64,000 bases of DNA from a virus. Of this stretch, positions 30,490 to 40,345 are shown piece after piece. A program made the position numbers and the translations under genes. The stretch spans positions 1 to 64,000 of the IMG/VR virus record IMGVR_UViG_3300032322_002195, one strand, 5' to 3'. Below the pieces are notes generated by a model. It searched no databases and had not been told where the DNA came from. It saw only the letters and a list, made by a program, of their open reading frames with translations. How positions within the stretch are numbered: position 1 is the first letter of the stretch; each line of letters begins with the position of its first letter.

Positions 30490-30846
30490 ATGATTGAATA
30501 CGGTGGAATTATTTATTACATAGATTTAAATGCATTTGATAAGTTTATCACAATGACCAAACCAAATGAAAAAACAGAAACCAAAGAAACTAAAACGATA
30601 AAAGACGTTAATGGGGACATAATATCAGTTGAAGAATATCTACATATAACTGATAAACCAAAAGAAATCAACGCTCCTACTTTTGATATTTTAAGAACAA
30701 TGATTGAAATCTTATTAGACTCAGAAGATGGTGAGGACGAAGACACTACTTTAGGTGCCGACAGAGCTTTAGCAAAAAAATCATTATCATATCAACTTTG
30801 TTTTAACACATTAACAAATTATGGTATTCTAAAAGAGAAAGAATAA
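30490..30846 (+). CDS. Hypothetical protein
   Basis: 118-aa ORF within the operon. Confidence 0.7.
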   Translation: MIEYGGIIYYIDLNAFDKFITMTKPNEKTETKETKTIKDVNGDIISVEEYLHITDKPKEINAPTFDILRTMIEILLDSEDGEDEDTTLGADRALAKKSLSYQLCFNTLTNYGILKEKE

Positions 30847-30867
30847 CATCATAAAAATAACTTAAAA

Positions 30868-32034
30868 ATGAAACAACAAAAAGAACAATTTGAAACTCAA
30901 ATCAGCCAAGGTAAAGCTGTTTTAGAAAAATTACAAAATAAAGATTTTACTCTTTATTTTTTTACCATCGACACCAAAGGTAATCCTACTGCTGGAATCG
31001 CTAATATTTACGAACACGTAAAAGTATTAAATGAATTAGGTTATAAAGCAGCTATACTTCATGAAAAAAATGATTATAAATTAAAAGGAGATGCTGCTGG
31101 TCAAGGTATTTTAGATTGGTTAGGTGAAGAATATGCTTCTTTACCGCACCTATCAATTGAAAGCCAAACTTTGAACATTAGTCCTAGTGATTTTATTATC
31201 ATTCCTGAAATCTTCTCTAGCGTTATGGACCAAGTTAAAGGATTCCCATGCAAAAAAATTGTTTTCTCTCAAAATTATGATTATCTTTTAGAGTTATTGC
31301 CAATTGGAAAAAGATGGAATACAGATTATGGTTTTAACGATGTTATTACAACCAGCGAAAAACAAGCTGCGTATCTAACCACTTTGTTTCCTTCAATTAG
31401 GACACATATAGTACCAGTTTCAATTCCATCATACTTTAAAACTAGTGACAAACCAAAAATACCAGTGATATCTATTTTAACTAGAAATCATGGTGATGCT
31501 GCTAAAATTGCTAAATCTTTTTATCTTCAATATCCAATGTATAAGTGGGTTACTTTTAAAGAACTTAGAGGATTACCTAGAAAACAATTTGCAACAGAAT
31601 TAGGTAAAAGCTGTTTGGCTATTTGGATTGACGACCCGTCTGGTTTTGGAACCTTCCCAGTTGAAGCAATTGAGTGTGAAACACCAGTTATTGGTAAAAT
31701 ACCAAACATGATTCCAGAGTGGATGGAAACCAAAGACACCGATGGAAATGTTATGATTAAAAACAATGGCGTTTGGACAAATACAACACTTAATATCCCA
31801 GAACTTATTGCGACATATCTTAAAGTATGGTTGGAAGACTCGGTTCCAAGCGATTTGATTGAAGGAATCAAAGAAAGCAAAGGTCAATATACAGAAGAAA
31901 GACAAAAAGAAGTCATCAAAAATGTATACGGTGAATTGTTTAAAAACAGAGAAGCTGAAATTGAATTTTTAATAAAAAATTTGGAATCTCAGTATAATGA
32001 ATTCACAGAAGAAACTAACAACTTAATTAAATAA
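30868..32034 (+). CDS. GT-B glycosyltransferase-like protein
   Basis: AGIANIYEHVKVLNELGY, DFIIIPE, GFGTFPVEAIECETPVIG. Confidence 0.75.
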   Translation: MKQQKEQFETQISQGKAVLEKLQNKDFTLYFFTIDTKGNPTAGIANIYEHVKVLNELGYKAAILHEKNDYKLKGDAAGQGILDWLGEEYASLPHLSIESQTLNISPSDFIIIPEIFSSVMDQVKGFPCKKIVFSQNYDYLLELLPIGKRWNTDYGFNDVITTSEKQAAYLTTLFPSIRTHIVPVSIPSYFKTSDKPKIPVISILTRNHGDAAKIAKSFYLQYPMYKWVTFKELRGLPRKQFATELGKSCLAIWIDDPSGFGTFPVEAIECETPVIGKIPNMIPEWMETKDTDGNVMIKNNGVWTNTTLNIPELIATYLKVWLEDSVPSDLIEGIKESKGQYTEERQKEVIKNVYGELFKNREAEIEFLIKNLESQYNEFTEETNNLIK

Positions 32035-32042
32035 TATTAACA

Positions 32043-32840
32043 ATGGAAAAAACAAATATTTCGGTTATTTTAGCAGTACACGAATTAACTGATGAAACAA
32101 AAAATTTATTCACCAACGCTGTTCAAAGTGTAAAAGAACAGTTAGTAAGACCAGACGAATTGGTTATCGTTGTCCCAAAAAATAGTGACGCTGCATCATA
32201 TGTAAAAGCGTTTGATTTTGGTGATTATAAATCATCAGTTACAATTGCTGAAAATGAAGGTGAAACCGATTTCGCATCACAAACAAATTATGGTGTTAGC
32301 GTAGCAAAATCTGATTGGATTAGCTTTTTAGAAATGGATGATGAGTATGCTAAAATTTGGTTTAAAAATGCGGTTAAATATCGTGAAGCCCACCCAGAAG
32401 TTGAAATATTCATGCCTATAGTTGTTGACGTAGATTCAAACAATCAATTCATTGGTTTGACAAATGAAGCTGTTTGGGCCCAAAGTTTTTCTGATGAGCT
32501 TGGTATTTTAGATAACAACGCTCTGTTAGCTTACCAGAATTTCAATATTGATGGAATCGTAATGAAAAAATCTATTTATCAAGATTTTGGCGGTTTTAAA
32601 CCAAGCATAAAACTAACATTCATTTATGAGTTTTTGCTTCGCATGACCTTCAAAGCTATTAAAGTTATGGTTATCCCTAGATTTGGTTACAAACATATGA
32701 ATCAAAGACCAGATTCTTTATTCTCGTCTTATAAAGAGTATATGACACCAGTAGAGGCAAAATGGTGGTTGGCTCAAGCTAAAAAAGAATACTACTTCAC
32801 AAAAGATAGAAACATAACATATATAGAACAAACTGTTTAA
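32043..32840 (+). CDS. GT2 glycosyltransferase
   Basis: ISVILAVH, WISFLEMDDEY, DFGGFK. Confidence 0.75.
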   Translation: MEKTNISVILAVHELTDETKNLFTNAVQSVKEQLVRPDELVIVVPKNSDAASYVKAFDFGDYKSSVTIAENEGETDFASQTNYGVSVAKSDWISFLEMDDEYAKIWFKNAVKYREAHPEVEIFMPIVVDVDSNNQFIGLTNEAVWAQSFSDELGILDNNALLAYQNFNIDGIVMKKSIYQDFGGFKPSIKLTFIYEFLLRMTFKAIKVMVIPRFGYKHMNQRPDSLFSSYKEYMTPVEAKWWLAQAKKEYYFTKDRNITYIEQTV

Positions 32841-32842
32841 TT

Positions 32843-33565
32843 GTGAGAAGAGGACGCAAAAGAAAAGATGAAATGTATTTTGGTCCAAATGAGGAAGAAG
32901 CAGTAATTAAATTTTTAGAATCGACAAACGAAGAAGAAAGGAATCAAGTTTTTAACGAGTGGCTTAGAGGGCCACTCGATAAAATGATTGAATCGATAAT
33001 TAGAAGGTACAAATTATATAGAAAAGGTGAAACATTTGAAGATTTACATCGTGACACCATTTCATTTTTAATGACAAAAGTACATAAGTTTGAAAGCGGT
33101 AGAGGAAAAAAGGCTTATTCATATTTTGGAACTATTAGTAAAAATTACATATTAGGTTTATTAATAAAAGACGAAAAATATGTGAAGCAAAACGCTTCAT
33201 ATGAGGATATGTATGATGATTTAGAAGAAAGGTCTGATTTAACATATGTAATTGATGGGGACACATTTTTAATGGAAGACTTTATTTACAAAGTTACCAA
33301 TAAAATAAAAGAAGAATTAAACGATGAAAACCAACCAACAAAAAATAAATTAAACGAAAATGAAAAAAAAGTTGGTTATGCTTTAATTGATATTCTAGAA
33401 AATTGGGAAACAGCTTTTCAATCTATGGATGGTGGCTCCAAATACAATAAAAATTCTGTCTTAGAAACCATGCGTAACTATACCAATTTATCAACCAAAG
33501 ATATTCGGTTGGCAATGAAACGTTATAAAGAACTTTATGAATTGTTAAAAAATAATGGTTTGTAA
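32843..33565 (+). CDS. Phage sigma factor, T4 gp55-like (late transcription)
   Basis: YF...EEAV, KMIESIIRRY, KVHKFESGRGKKAYSYFGTISKNY resemble sigma region 2; GTG start. Confidence 0.65.
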   Translation: MRRGRKRKDEMYFGPNEEEAVIKFLESTNEEERNQVFNEWLRGPLDKMIESIIRRYKLYRKGETFEDLHRDTISFLMTKVHKFESGRGKKAYSYFGTISKNYILGLLIKDEKYVKQNASYEDMYDDLEERSDLTYVIDGDTFLMEDFIYKVTNKIKEELNDENQPTKNKLNENEKKVGYALIDILENWETAFQSMDGGSKYNKNSVLETMRNYTNLSTKDIRLAMKRYKELYELLKNNGL

Positions 33566-33617
33566 AAAATAACAATAAAAACCTTTATTAGAGGTATTTA
33601 TAGTAAAACATACAATC

Positions 33618-34013
33618 ATGCCTAGGAAAAGAAAACAAGATGTAAAAGTAAACGATACAGAATCATTAGAAGGTCTTATGCAAGAGACTTATAATGATGC
33701 TTGTTTACAAATTAATGATGCTCAAAGAACTATAAATGAGCTTGCCACCAGCGCCACACCAACTGATGTTGACGATTTGACAAAGATTGCTAAAGAAAAA
33801 GGTGGTTTACTTAAAATAAAAGATTCGGCCATAAGAATCAAATTAGAATTAGCAAAACTACAAAGTGATATAATCAAAAATCGTGGTGATGCTGATACTG
33901 CTATTTCTGAAAGAACTAGCGGTTCCGCTTCTTTAAGCGATTTCAAATCTATTAGAGAAATGCTTAAAAACACCACTAAAGAAAATGATAATGAATCTGA
34001 AATAGAATTTTAA
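33618..34013 (+). CDS. Hypothetical helical protein
   Basis: 131 aa; preceded by GTATTTATA at 33594-33602. Confidence 0.7.
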   Translation: MPRKRKQDVKVNDTESLEGLMQETYNDACLQINDAQRTINELATSATPTDVDDLTKIAKEKGGLLKIKDSAIRIKLELAKLQSDIIKNRGDADTAISERTSGSASLSDFKSIREMLKNTTKENDNESEIEF

Positions 34014-35440
34014 TGGCTGTTATAAATAAAAAGAAAAAAGTTTTTGGAAAAATAGCTGCGGCAAAAACTTTAGTTGATGGTATGCCAAAACTAAAGTTAA
34101 GCTCGTCTATGCCATCTATTAATAACAATGGCGATGCAATTACTTTTTTAACAGACCTTATAAAAGTTTTAGTCGGTTTTCAAGCTTTGGTCACAACCGT
34201 AGTTGAAACTTTAACTAATTCATTACCTAAAATAGAATTAGCCATAAAAAAAGCTTTAAAAATTGAATTAAAATCAATTGTAAGTTGTGGCGTTGACCCT
34301 AGTATCCCACCTTGGATTCAATCAAATGGTACTGGTATTGTAATTGAAGTCAGAAAGATAGACTTTTTAGATATGCTTAGAACAGACCCTAATTCTGTTG
34401 CTGGTAGATTAATGTATAATGATGTAACAACACCGCTTACAATTAGTACAGACTTAAACACTTTTTTATATGAGGTTATACAAAACCCAGGAATTCCTTA
34501 TCAATGGCCACAACTAAACCCTATTCTTGATATTACATTTAATGAATTAAGTACTGGTAACCCTAATAATACGTTGACAATAACAGCAACGTTACCATAC
34601 AATACACAAACATTAACAGACCTAAACAATGATTTTATTGATTCATTACAATTGTTAAATTCAGCTAATGTTTTGAATAAAATAATGGATATTATCTATG
34701 GTGCTGTTTCTTCAGTAGCAGGTATTTCTCAAAAAGTATTAGAAACTGAACAAAAAATTAATGGTGTTGTTGATAAAATGGTTAACAATGTTAACGAAGG
34801 ACCAATAAATGATTCTGCTTTTTCTTTTTCAAACGAAGAAACATTAAAACAACAAGCTGAAGCTGCTGCTAGAAAAAGAGGTGTTAAAAATATAAAAACA
34901 ACCAACGATATTCCATCATCAGTTCCTATTTCTAGTCTAACAAATTATAATCAACAATTATCAACAGCAACATCATTAATTCAAACTAAAAATGTTATAT
35001 CGTCTAATTTGAACAATATGGCTAATTTAAGTGTTATAAATGTTCCAAACCCTGTTGATATAGCCTCATCGAAACTTAACTTTATACAACAGATTATAAC
35101 TTCTATAATCAAGTCTATAGTTGGTATAATTCTATCTCCAAAAGTAATTCTTGTTTTCTTGATAAATTATAAAATAGTGTATGGGCAAGCAGCAACTTTT
35201 AGCGACCCAATAGATTTTATAAGAAGAAATAAAAACTTGATTAACGAGATAATGAAAGTTATTGCAGTTGAATTAATCAAGATACTATTGACAATTGCAT
35301 TAAAAGAAATATCTATTCTTGTAGCACAAGCTATTGCTAAAAAACAAATAGAAAAAAACACTAATAAATTAGCACAATTACAATCTTTGATTGGAATTTC
35401 ACCTAACTTAATAAGAAATTTACTAGATAATTTATTATAA
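34013..35440 (+). CDS. Hypothetical protein with long hydrophobic helices, probably virion-associated
   Basis: 475 aa; IITSIIKSIVGIILSPKVILVFLI and IAVELIKILLTIALKEISILVA segments; same operon as the spike-like gene. Confidence 0.7.
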   Translation: MAVINKKKKVFGKIAAAKTLVDGMPKLKLSSSMPSINNNGDAITFLTDLIKVLVGFQALVTTVVETLTNSLPKIELAIKKALKIELKSIVSCGVDPSIPPWIQSNGTGIVIEVRKIDFLDMLRTDPNSVAGRLMYNDVTTPLTISTDLNTFLYEVIQNPGIPYQWPQLNPILDITFNELSTGNPNNTLTITATLPYNTQTLTDLNNDFIDSLQLLNSANVLNKIMDIIYGAVSSVAGISQKVLETEQKINGVVDKMVNNVNEGPINDSAFSFSNEETLKQQAEAAARKRGVKNIKTTNDIPSSVPISSLTNYNQQLSTATSLIQTKNVISSNLNNMANLSVINVPNPVDIASSKLNFIQQIITSIIKSIVGIILSPKVILVFLINYKIVYGQAATFSDPIDFIRRNKNLINEIMKVIAVELIKILLTIALKEISILVAQAIAKKQIEKNTNKLAQLQSLIGISPNLIRNLLDNLL

Positions 35441-35871
35441 TGGCAGACATAAAACCAATACCAACATCTGGCTTCAATTTCTCATCAATAAATGGAGTTT
35501 TAAATTTAATTCTAAGTGCATTCTCAACTCCTGAGCCACCAATTGAACCATTACCACCACCATTAATAATGATTGGTGCAAAACTAAGACCTGGGATTTC
35601 AGCACAAAGCATAGCATCCGAAATAATAAGTAAACAATCAGATTCTGGTAGGGTTGTTGGTGATGTGTTTGCCGATGGACCAAATGTTGAAGAAGCTATG
35701 GAATTAATAAGAGTTCAACAAATAGTAAGCACCATATTAAATGAAGCTAAAGTTGATGTCGTAATCCCTCCAGGTATTGCCATAACAGCTGTTGGTGGTA
35801 ATGCAGGTGGTCCAGTTGTTTGTCAAGGTTTTACTACCAGCATGGGTATAGGTGATGGTATAATTCGTTAA
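35440..35871 (+). CDS. Hypothetical protein, probably baseplate-associated
   Basis: 143 aa; Gly-rich beta-type C-terminus (ITAVGGNAGGPVVCQG). Confidence 0.65.
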   Translation: MADIKPIPTSGFNFSSINGVLNLILSAFSTPEPPIEPLPPPLIMIGAKLRPGISAQSIASEIISKQSDSGRVVGDVFADGPNVEEAMELIRVQQIVSTILNEAKVDVVIPPGIAITAVGGNAGGPVVCQGFTTSMGIGDGIIR

Positions 35872-35885
35872 AAAAATTTAATATT

Positions 35886-36062
35886 ATGAATGACTTAGAA
35901 AATATGTCAAACAATGAAATTTTGTTTGAAATTAAAAAAATGGAAGCCGACCACGAAGCTTTAAAATTAAAAATGATTCAAGATTTTGATAAATTGATTG
36001 AAATTGAAAAACGCTTTGATGATGCCAATAAAATATTAATTAAAAGATTAAAAGGGGATTAG
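35886..36062 (+). CDS. Small coiled-coil protein (58 aa, absent from the ORF track)
   Basis: MNDLENMSNNEILFEIKKMEADHEALKLKM...KRLKGD*; fills the gap between its neighbours. Confidence 0.7.
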   Translation: MNDLENMSNNEILFEIKKMEADHEALKLKMIQDFDKLIEIEKRFDDANKILIKRLKGD

Positions 36063-36063
36063 T

Positions 36064-37065
36064 ATGCTTAATAGTTCTAATAAAACACAAAGAAATGAAG
36101 GTAGTGTTTATGATGGTATAAATGCTGGTACGAATATAAAATATGGTGTTGTAAGAGTATTAGAAGACGAAACTGGACCAGAACAAAATAAAGGTTTAGG
36201 TAGAATAAAAGTATATATAAAAGGCCCTATAGCAACTGGTGGTGACGCTGATAGGACTGACGCTGAATTACCATGGTGTTTTCCTTTCCTTCCAAAACAT
36301 TTACAAGTTCAACCTAAAGTAGGTGAAGCTGTTATGATTTTAACTTTTAGCAACCAACAACAACACGCAGATAGATTGTATATTGGTCCAATAGTTTCAC
36401 AATTACCTCTTTTAGATAAAGACCCTTATTTATATTCAGCTTTAAATGGTTTTACATTTGCGCTTTCTTCACCATCAATAAACCCATCACAAATAGCTGA
36501 ATTAAATGGTGTATTTCCAAAACCAGACGATGTTTCAATACAAGGTAGATATAACACAGAAATAACTCAAAAAAGGAATGAAGTAGTTATTAGAGCTGGT
36601 AAATTTGTTGAATCAACCCCAAATAAAAACAATCCTTACTCTTTCAAATATAACCCAACAACCCAAGCTTACATTCAATTAAAAAATGATGTTGTAACAA
36701 ACCCAGCAACTAATCAACAAGCTGCTCTTAGAGGTACGGTAGCCAATATAGTTGCAAATAAGATTAATCTTATTACACATAGAGATGGAAGCCCTAGATT
36801 TAATATAACAGACCCAGACATTCTTATAACTGACGATGAATTAACCAAAATACTATCAGAAGCCCATCAAGTTCCTTTTGGGGATGTTTTATTACAATAT
36901 TTAAGACTACTTAAAGACGCATTTTTATCACATGTTCATAATGGCAGCGGAAACCCAGCAACAGATTTAACGATATCAGGAAACAAACAAGCTGTTGCTT
37001 TATTTAAAACAAAAGCAGATGATTTAGAAAAGTCAATGTTATCGAAAAATGTGCGTATTAATTAA
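36064..37065 (+). CDS. Baseplate hub/central spike protein (gp5/gpV-like)
   Basis: OB-fold motif GLGRIKV...LPWCFP...PKVGEAV; C-terminal HVH spike-tip motif. Confidence 0.75.
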   Translation: MLNSSNKTQRNEGSVYDGINAGTNIKYGVVRVLEDETGPEQNKGLGRIKVYIKGPIATGGDADRTDAELPWCFPFLPKHLQVQPKVGEAVMILTFSNQQQHADRLYIGPIVSQLPLLDKDPYLYSALNGFTFALSSPSINPSQIAELNGVFPKPDDVSIQGRYNTEITQKRNEVVIRAGKFVESTPNKNNPYSFKYNPTTQAYIQLKNDVVTNPATNQQAALRGTVANIVANKINLITHRDGSPRFNITDPDILITDDELTKILSEAHQVPFGDVLLQYLRLLKDAFLSHVHNGSGNPATDLTISGNKQAVALFKTKADDLEKSMLSKNVRIN

Positions 37066-37095
37066 TGTTTTAGAATATTTATAATAAAAACAAAG

Positions 37096-38502
37096 ATGGT
37101 AATTCATACATTTTTCGATAAAAATAATACTATTGTCAGCAACCAATATGTTAATACTGGATTAAACCCAGTTACTGAATTATTTTATGGTGGCGCAATA
37201 GGCGAACAAAAATATAGCCGATTCTTATTTCATTTTGATGAAACTAGATTAAGAGCTTTATATACTGGTGGTACGTTTACTGATTTAAGTAAATTAAAAC
37301 ATACATTAAGACTTACAAATACAGGTTCTTTTGATACCGAATTGTTAAATGGAACAATGGCTGGCATGGATAGAACCACATCTTTTGATTTACTTCTATT
37401 CAAAATAAATCAAAATTGGGATAACGGAGTTGGTTACGATTATAATGTACCAATATTAGTAACTGGTGAAGGCGCTTACTACAACGGACCTTCAAATTGG
37501 ATTGAACCTAGGACTGGTGAATTTTGGTCTGGTGGTTCTGGTGTTTATTCTGGTTCAGCGTCTGCAATTACCGTAACAACACAACATTTTGATAAGGGTA
37601 ATGAAAATATTGAAATGGATATCACAAATTATGTGAATGGCTTATTAACAGGTAATACAAACTATGGTTTAGGAATAGCTTATACCAGACCATTTGAGTT
37701 GATGAACACAACTAGATTACAATATGTTGGTTTCTTCACAAACAACACACAAACGTTCTATGAACCATATGTTGAAAGCATCTATGATAATCATATAAAA
37801 GACGATAGAAATAACTTTTTTCTAGACAAACCAAGTAAATTATATTTATACGTAAATATAGCTGGAAACCCAACAAATCTAGATACAAAACCATACGTCA
37901 ATGTGTATAATAATGATGGTAATTTGTTTTCAGCATATACACCTTCAAATGTTAAACATGTAACGTTAGGTGTTTATTCAATTGATATATTGGTTCCAAC
38001 TTCAGCATCAAATATAGAGACAATGTATAATGATGTATGGACTGGTATTACTTTAAATGGGGTGGCAAGACCAAATATAAACCTTTATTTTGTTGTTAAA
38101 GATTCTATGGGATATTATAACATAGGTGATAATGATATGCTACCCAAAAAAGTAGCTGTTAATGTAAGCGGAATTCAAAATAAAGAAAAAATAAAACGTG
38201 GTGATATTAGAAAAGCTATTGTTTCGGCTAGAATACCATTTACTGTTGAACAAACCCAAAATATCAATAATTTACAATATAGGATATATGTTTTAGAAGG
38301 TAGTAACGAATTAACAGTAATAGATTATCAGCCAGTAGAAATGTCTAACAACTATTATTATTTCTTAATAGACACACTAAGTTTTATACCAAACACATAT
38401 TATATAGATATTCTAGCTTATTCAAATCTAGAAGTAACTACACTTAAAAATGTTTTAGAATTTGAAATAATAAATCAAGTAGAATTGCGTAAGTCCCAAT
38501 AA
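37096..38502 (+). CDS. Probable virion structural protein
   Basis: 468-aa beta-rich N/T/G/Y sequence; late motif at 37075-37083. Confidence 0.65.
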   Translation: MVIHTFFDKNNTIVSNQYVNTGLNPVTELFYGGAIGEQKYSRFLFHFDETRLRALYTGGTFTDLSKLKHTLRLTNTGSFDTELLNGTMAGMDRTTSFDLLLFKINQNWDNGVGYDYNVPILVTGEGAYYNGPSNWIEPRTGEFWSGGSGVYSGSASAITVTTQHFDKGNENIEMDITNYVNGLLTGNTNYGLGIAYTRPFELMNTTRLQYVGFFTNNTQTFYEPYVESIYDNHIKDDRNNFFLDKPSKLYLYVNIAGNPTNLDTKPYVNVYNNDGNLFSAYTPSNVKHVTLGVYSIDILVPTSASNIETMYNDVWTGITLNGVARPNINLYFVVKDSMGYYNIGDNDMLPKKVAVNVSGIQNKEKIKRGDIRKAIVSARIPFTVEQTQNINNLQYRIYVLEGSNELTVIDYQPVEMSNNYYYFLIDTLSFIPNTYYIDILAYSNLEVTTLKNVLEFEIINQVELRKSQ

Positions 38503-38507
38503 TTAAT

Positions 38508-39230
38508 ATGAAACAATTTATCAAGCATAGAATTAGAACTATTCTGGAATCAATGGCAGATGAACATCTAGGAACTATTTCAATGAATATACCATTTAGT
38601 TCATTAATTTTGGACAGAGTTAATTTAGGGTGGGCTATTGAAAACATAAAAGAAAAAAGACCATCTAGAAGCAAAGCCAAGCCTATGCAAGTGGCTATGA
38701 GTTATGATAGGAAATATTATTTACTAGACGGTTATCACAGATTGGTTGAAGCTGTTTTAGCTGGAGAAACATCAGCCAAAGTTATGTTACTAAATAAGAC
38801 CTATGAAAATTTAAAAAAGAACAATCAAATCGGTGTTGCTTGTAATGGCGGTTCTGGTGATGAATTTTGTAATAATTTTAAAACACTAGGGTCCATTGAT
38901 ATGATTAAACAAGAATTGAATGAAGAAATGATTGATGGACAAAACATGACACCAGCAATGAAATTTGCTTGTAATAAAATGACAATTGGTAGTTATGAAG
39001 AAGCCCTAAAACTTACAAAAGCAGCTATTGCTCATTTGGATGATGAAACAAAAAATAAAATAATGATGAAACTCCATAAACCACTTGAAAGTTTAAGACA
39101 AGAAGAAATTCAATTAGACGATGAAGTGACTAGATATCATATGACTGTAGATTCATTACCAGATGAAGCTGATACTTATTGGCACCAAATTCAATCAACT
39201 ATTTGCGAATTAGGACCCAGTTTTCAGTAA
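38508..39230 (+). CDS. ParB/Srx-like domain protein
   Basis: PMQV...YYLLDGYHRLVEA; N-terminal leader ending ILE and a second domain after LNEE. Confidence 0.7.
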   Translation: MKQFIKHRIRTILESMADEHLGTISMNIPFSSLILDRVNLGWAIENIKEKRPSRSKAKPMQVAMSYDRKYYLLDGYHRLVEAVLAGETSAKVMLLNKTYENLKKNNQIGVACNGGSGDEFCNNFKTLGSIDMIKQELNEEMIDGQNMTPAMKFACNKMTIGSYEEALKLTKAAIAHLDDETKNKIMMKLHKPLESLRQEEIQLDDEVTRYHMTVDSLPDEADTYWHQIQSTICELGPSFQ

Positions 39231-39236
39231 AAACAC

Positions 39237-39268
39237 TTGACAAAAAATCTTTTATTAGTATATTTATT
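39237..39268 (+). promoter_or_regulatory. Composite promoter: TTGACA-16-TATATT overlapping ATATTTATT
   Basis: TTGACA 39237-39242, TATATT 39259-39264, late motif 39260-39268. Confidence 0.55.
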
Positions 39269-39269
39269 A

Positions 39270-39370
39270 TTGCGTTAACTACGTATTAGCCCCGACCATT
39301 AAAACGGTTTAGAGTTGTTTAGGCAACAAAGGTGTTGGTACAATAACAATAAAATTAAAAGTTAATAAAA
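39270..39370 (+). ncRNA. Candidate structured 5' leader RNA
   Basis: Longest GC-enriched intergenic stretch. Stem GTATTAGC/GTTGGTAC (with G-U pairs) encloses hairpins GACC/GGTT and GTTGT/GCAAC. Confidence 0.35.
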
Positions 39371-40261
39371 ATGAAAAAAACCTACTGGACAGAAACTGTT
39401 CCAACAGCTTACATTGCTGTAAACAAGAGCAGACTTAAGCTCTACGACAAAGATGGCGAGATGCCAACTTTCTATTTATCAAAACAAACGGAATTTCAAA
39501 TTGAAATCTTCAACCCAACATCAGATGTAATTTTAGCAAAAATTCATTTAAATGGCAAAGCCATATCTCAAGGTGGTTTGGTGTTAAACCCAGGACAACG
39601 TGTATTCCTAGACCGTTATTTTGATGTTGCAAAAAAATTCTTATTTGACACATATGAAGTTGAAAATACTAATGGAGTTAAAAAAGCTATTGAAAATAAT
39701 GGTGATTTAAAAGTAGAATTTTATAAGGAACGTATAGAAACTCTACCACTTATAACAACACCAGATTGGACTTATAGACCATATATCTATTACAATAATA
39801 CTAATAATTTGGGTAATTATAATATTGGTACTGACCCTAAGTATTTACGCAGCACCACATATGGCACAGCATCAATTAAAACTTTGGGTTTATTTGATAC
39901 CACATCAGTATCTTCATCTTTTCAAGATACAACTAGCAATACTTTTAAATATGATGCTACAATAGATTCTTCTTTAAATTTTGATGATTTAGATAATGTA
40001 AAAAACCAACCAAGAAGTAAAAAATCTAAATCAATTGAAACTGGTAGAGTTGAAAAAGGTTCGAATTCAAACCAAGAATTTAAGACAGTAAACAAAAGTT
40101 TTGAATATATTCCATTCCACGTAATTGAATACAAATTATTACCAATTTCTCAAAAAATAAACACATTAGAAGATGTTAATATTAAAAGATATTGCACAAA
40201 TTGTGGTCACAAATTGGGAAAGACTGACAAATTTTGTGGTCAGTGTGGGACTAAAGCCTAA
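39371..40261 (+). CDS. Hypothetical protein with C-terminal zinc ribbon
   Basis: CTNCG...KFCGQCG at the C-terminus. Confidence 0.8.
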   Translation: MKKTYWTETVPTAYIAVNKSRLKLYDKDGEMPTFYLSKQTEFQIEIFNPTSDVILAKIHLNGKAISQGGLVLNPGQRVFLDRYFDVAKKFLFDTYEVENTNGVKKAIENNGDLKVEFYKERIETLPLITTPDWTYRPYIYYNNTNNLGNYNIGTDPKYLRSTTYGTASIKTLGLFDTTSVSSSFQDTTSNTFKYDATIDSSLNFDDLDNVKNQPRSKKSKSIETGRVEKGSNSNQEFKTVNKSFEYIPFHVIEYKLLPISQKINTLEDVNIKRYCTNCGHKLGKTDKFCGQCGTKA

Positions 40262-40284
40262 AAAATAAATTAAAAGTTAACGCA

Positions 40285-40320
40285 AAAAAAACCTGAAGAA
40301 CTTGCATCTTCGGGTTTTTT
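40285..40320 (+). terminator. Intrinsic terminator
   Basis: ACCTGAAGA-ACTTGCA-TCTTCGGGT hairpin flanked by A and T tracts. Confidence 0.7.
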
Positions 40321-40345
40321 ATTGTATATTTGTGAAAAAAATATT

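Noticed and set aside
33618-34013. Terminase small subunit
   Set aside because: Size and helical character fit, but no diagnostic motif is recognisable and it is far from the large subunit gene.
39270-40285. Insertion sequence defined by the 11-bp inverted repeats
   Set aside because: The enclosed ORF has no transposase motif and no target-site duplication flanks the repeats; their positions match transcript ends better.
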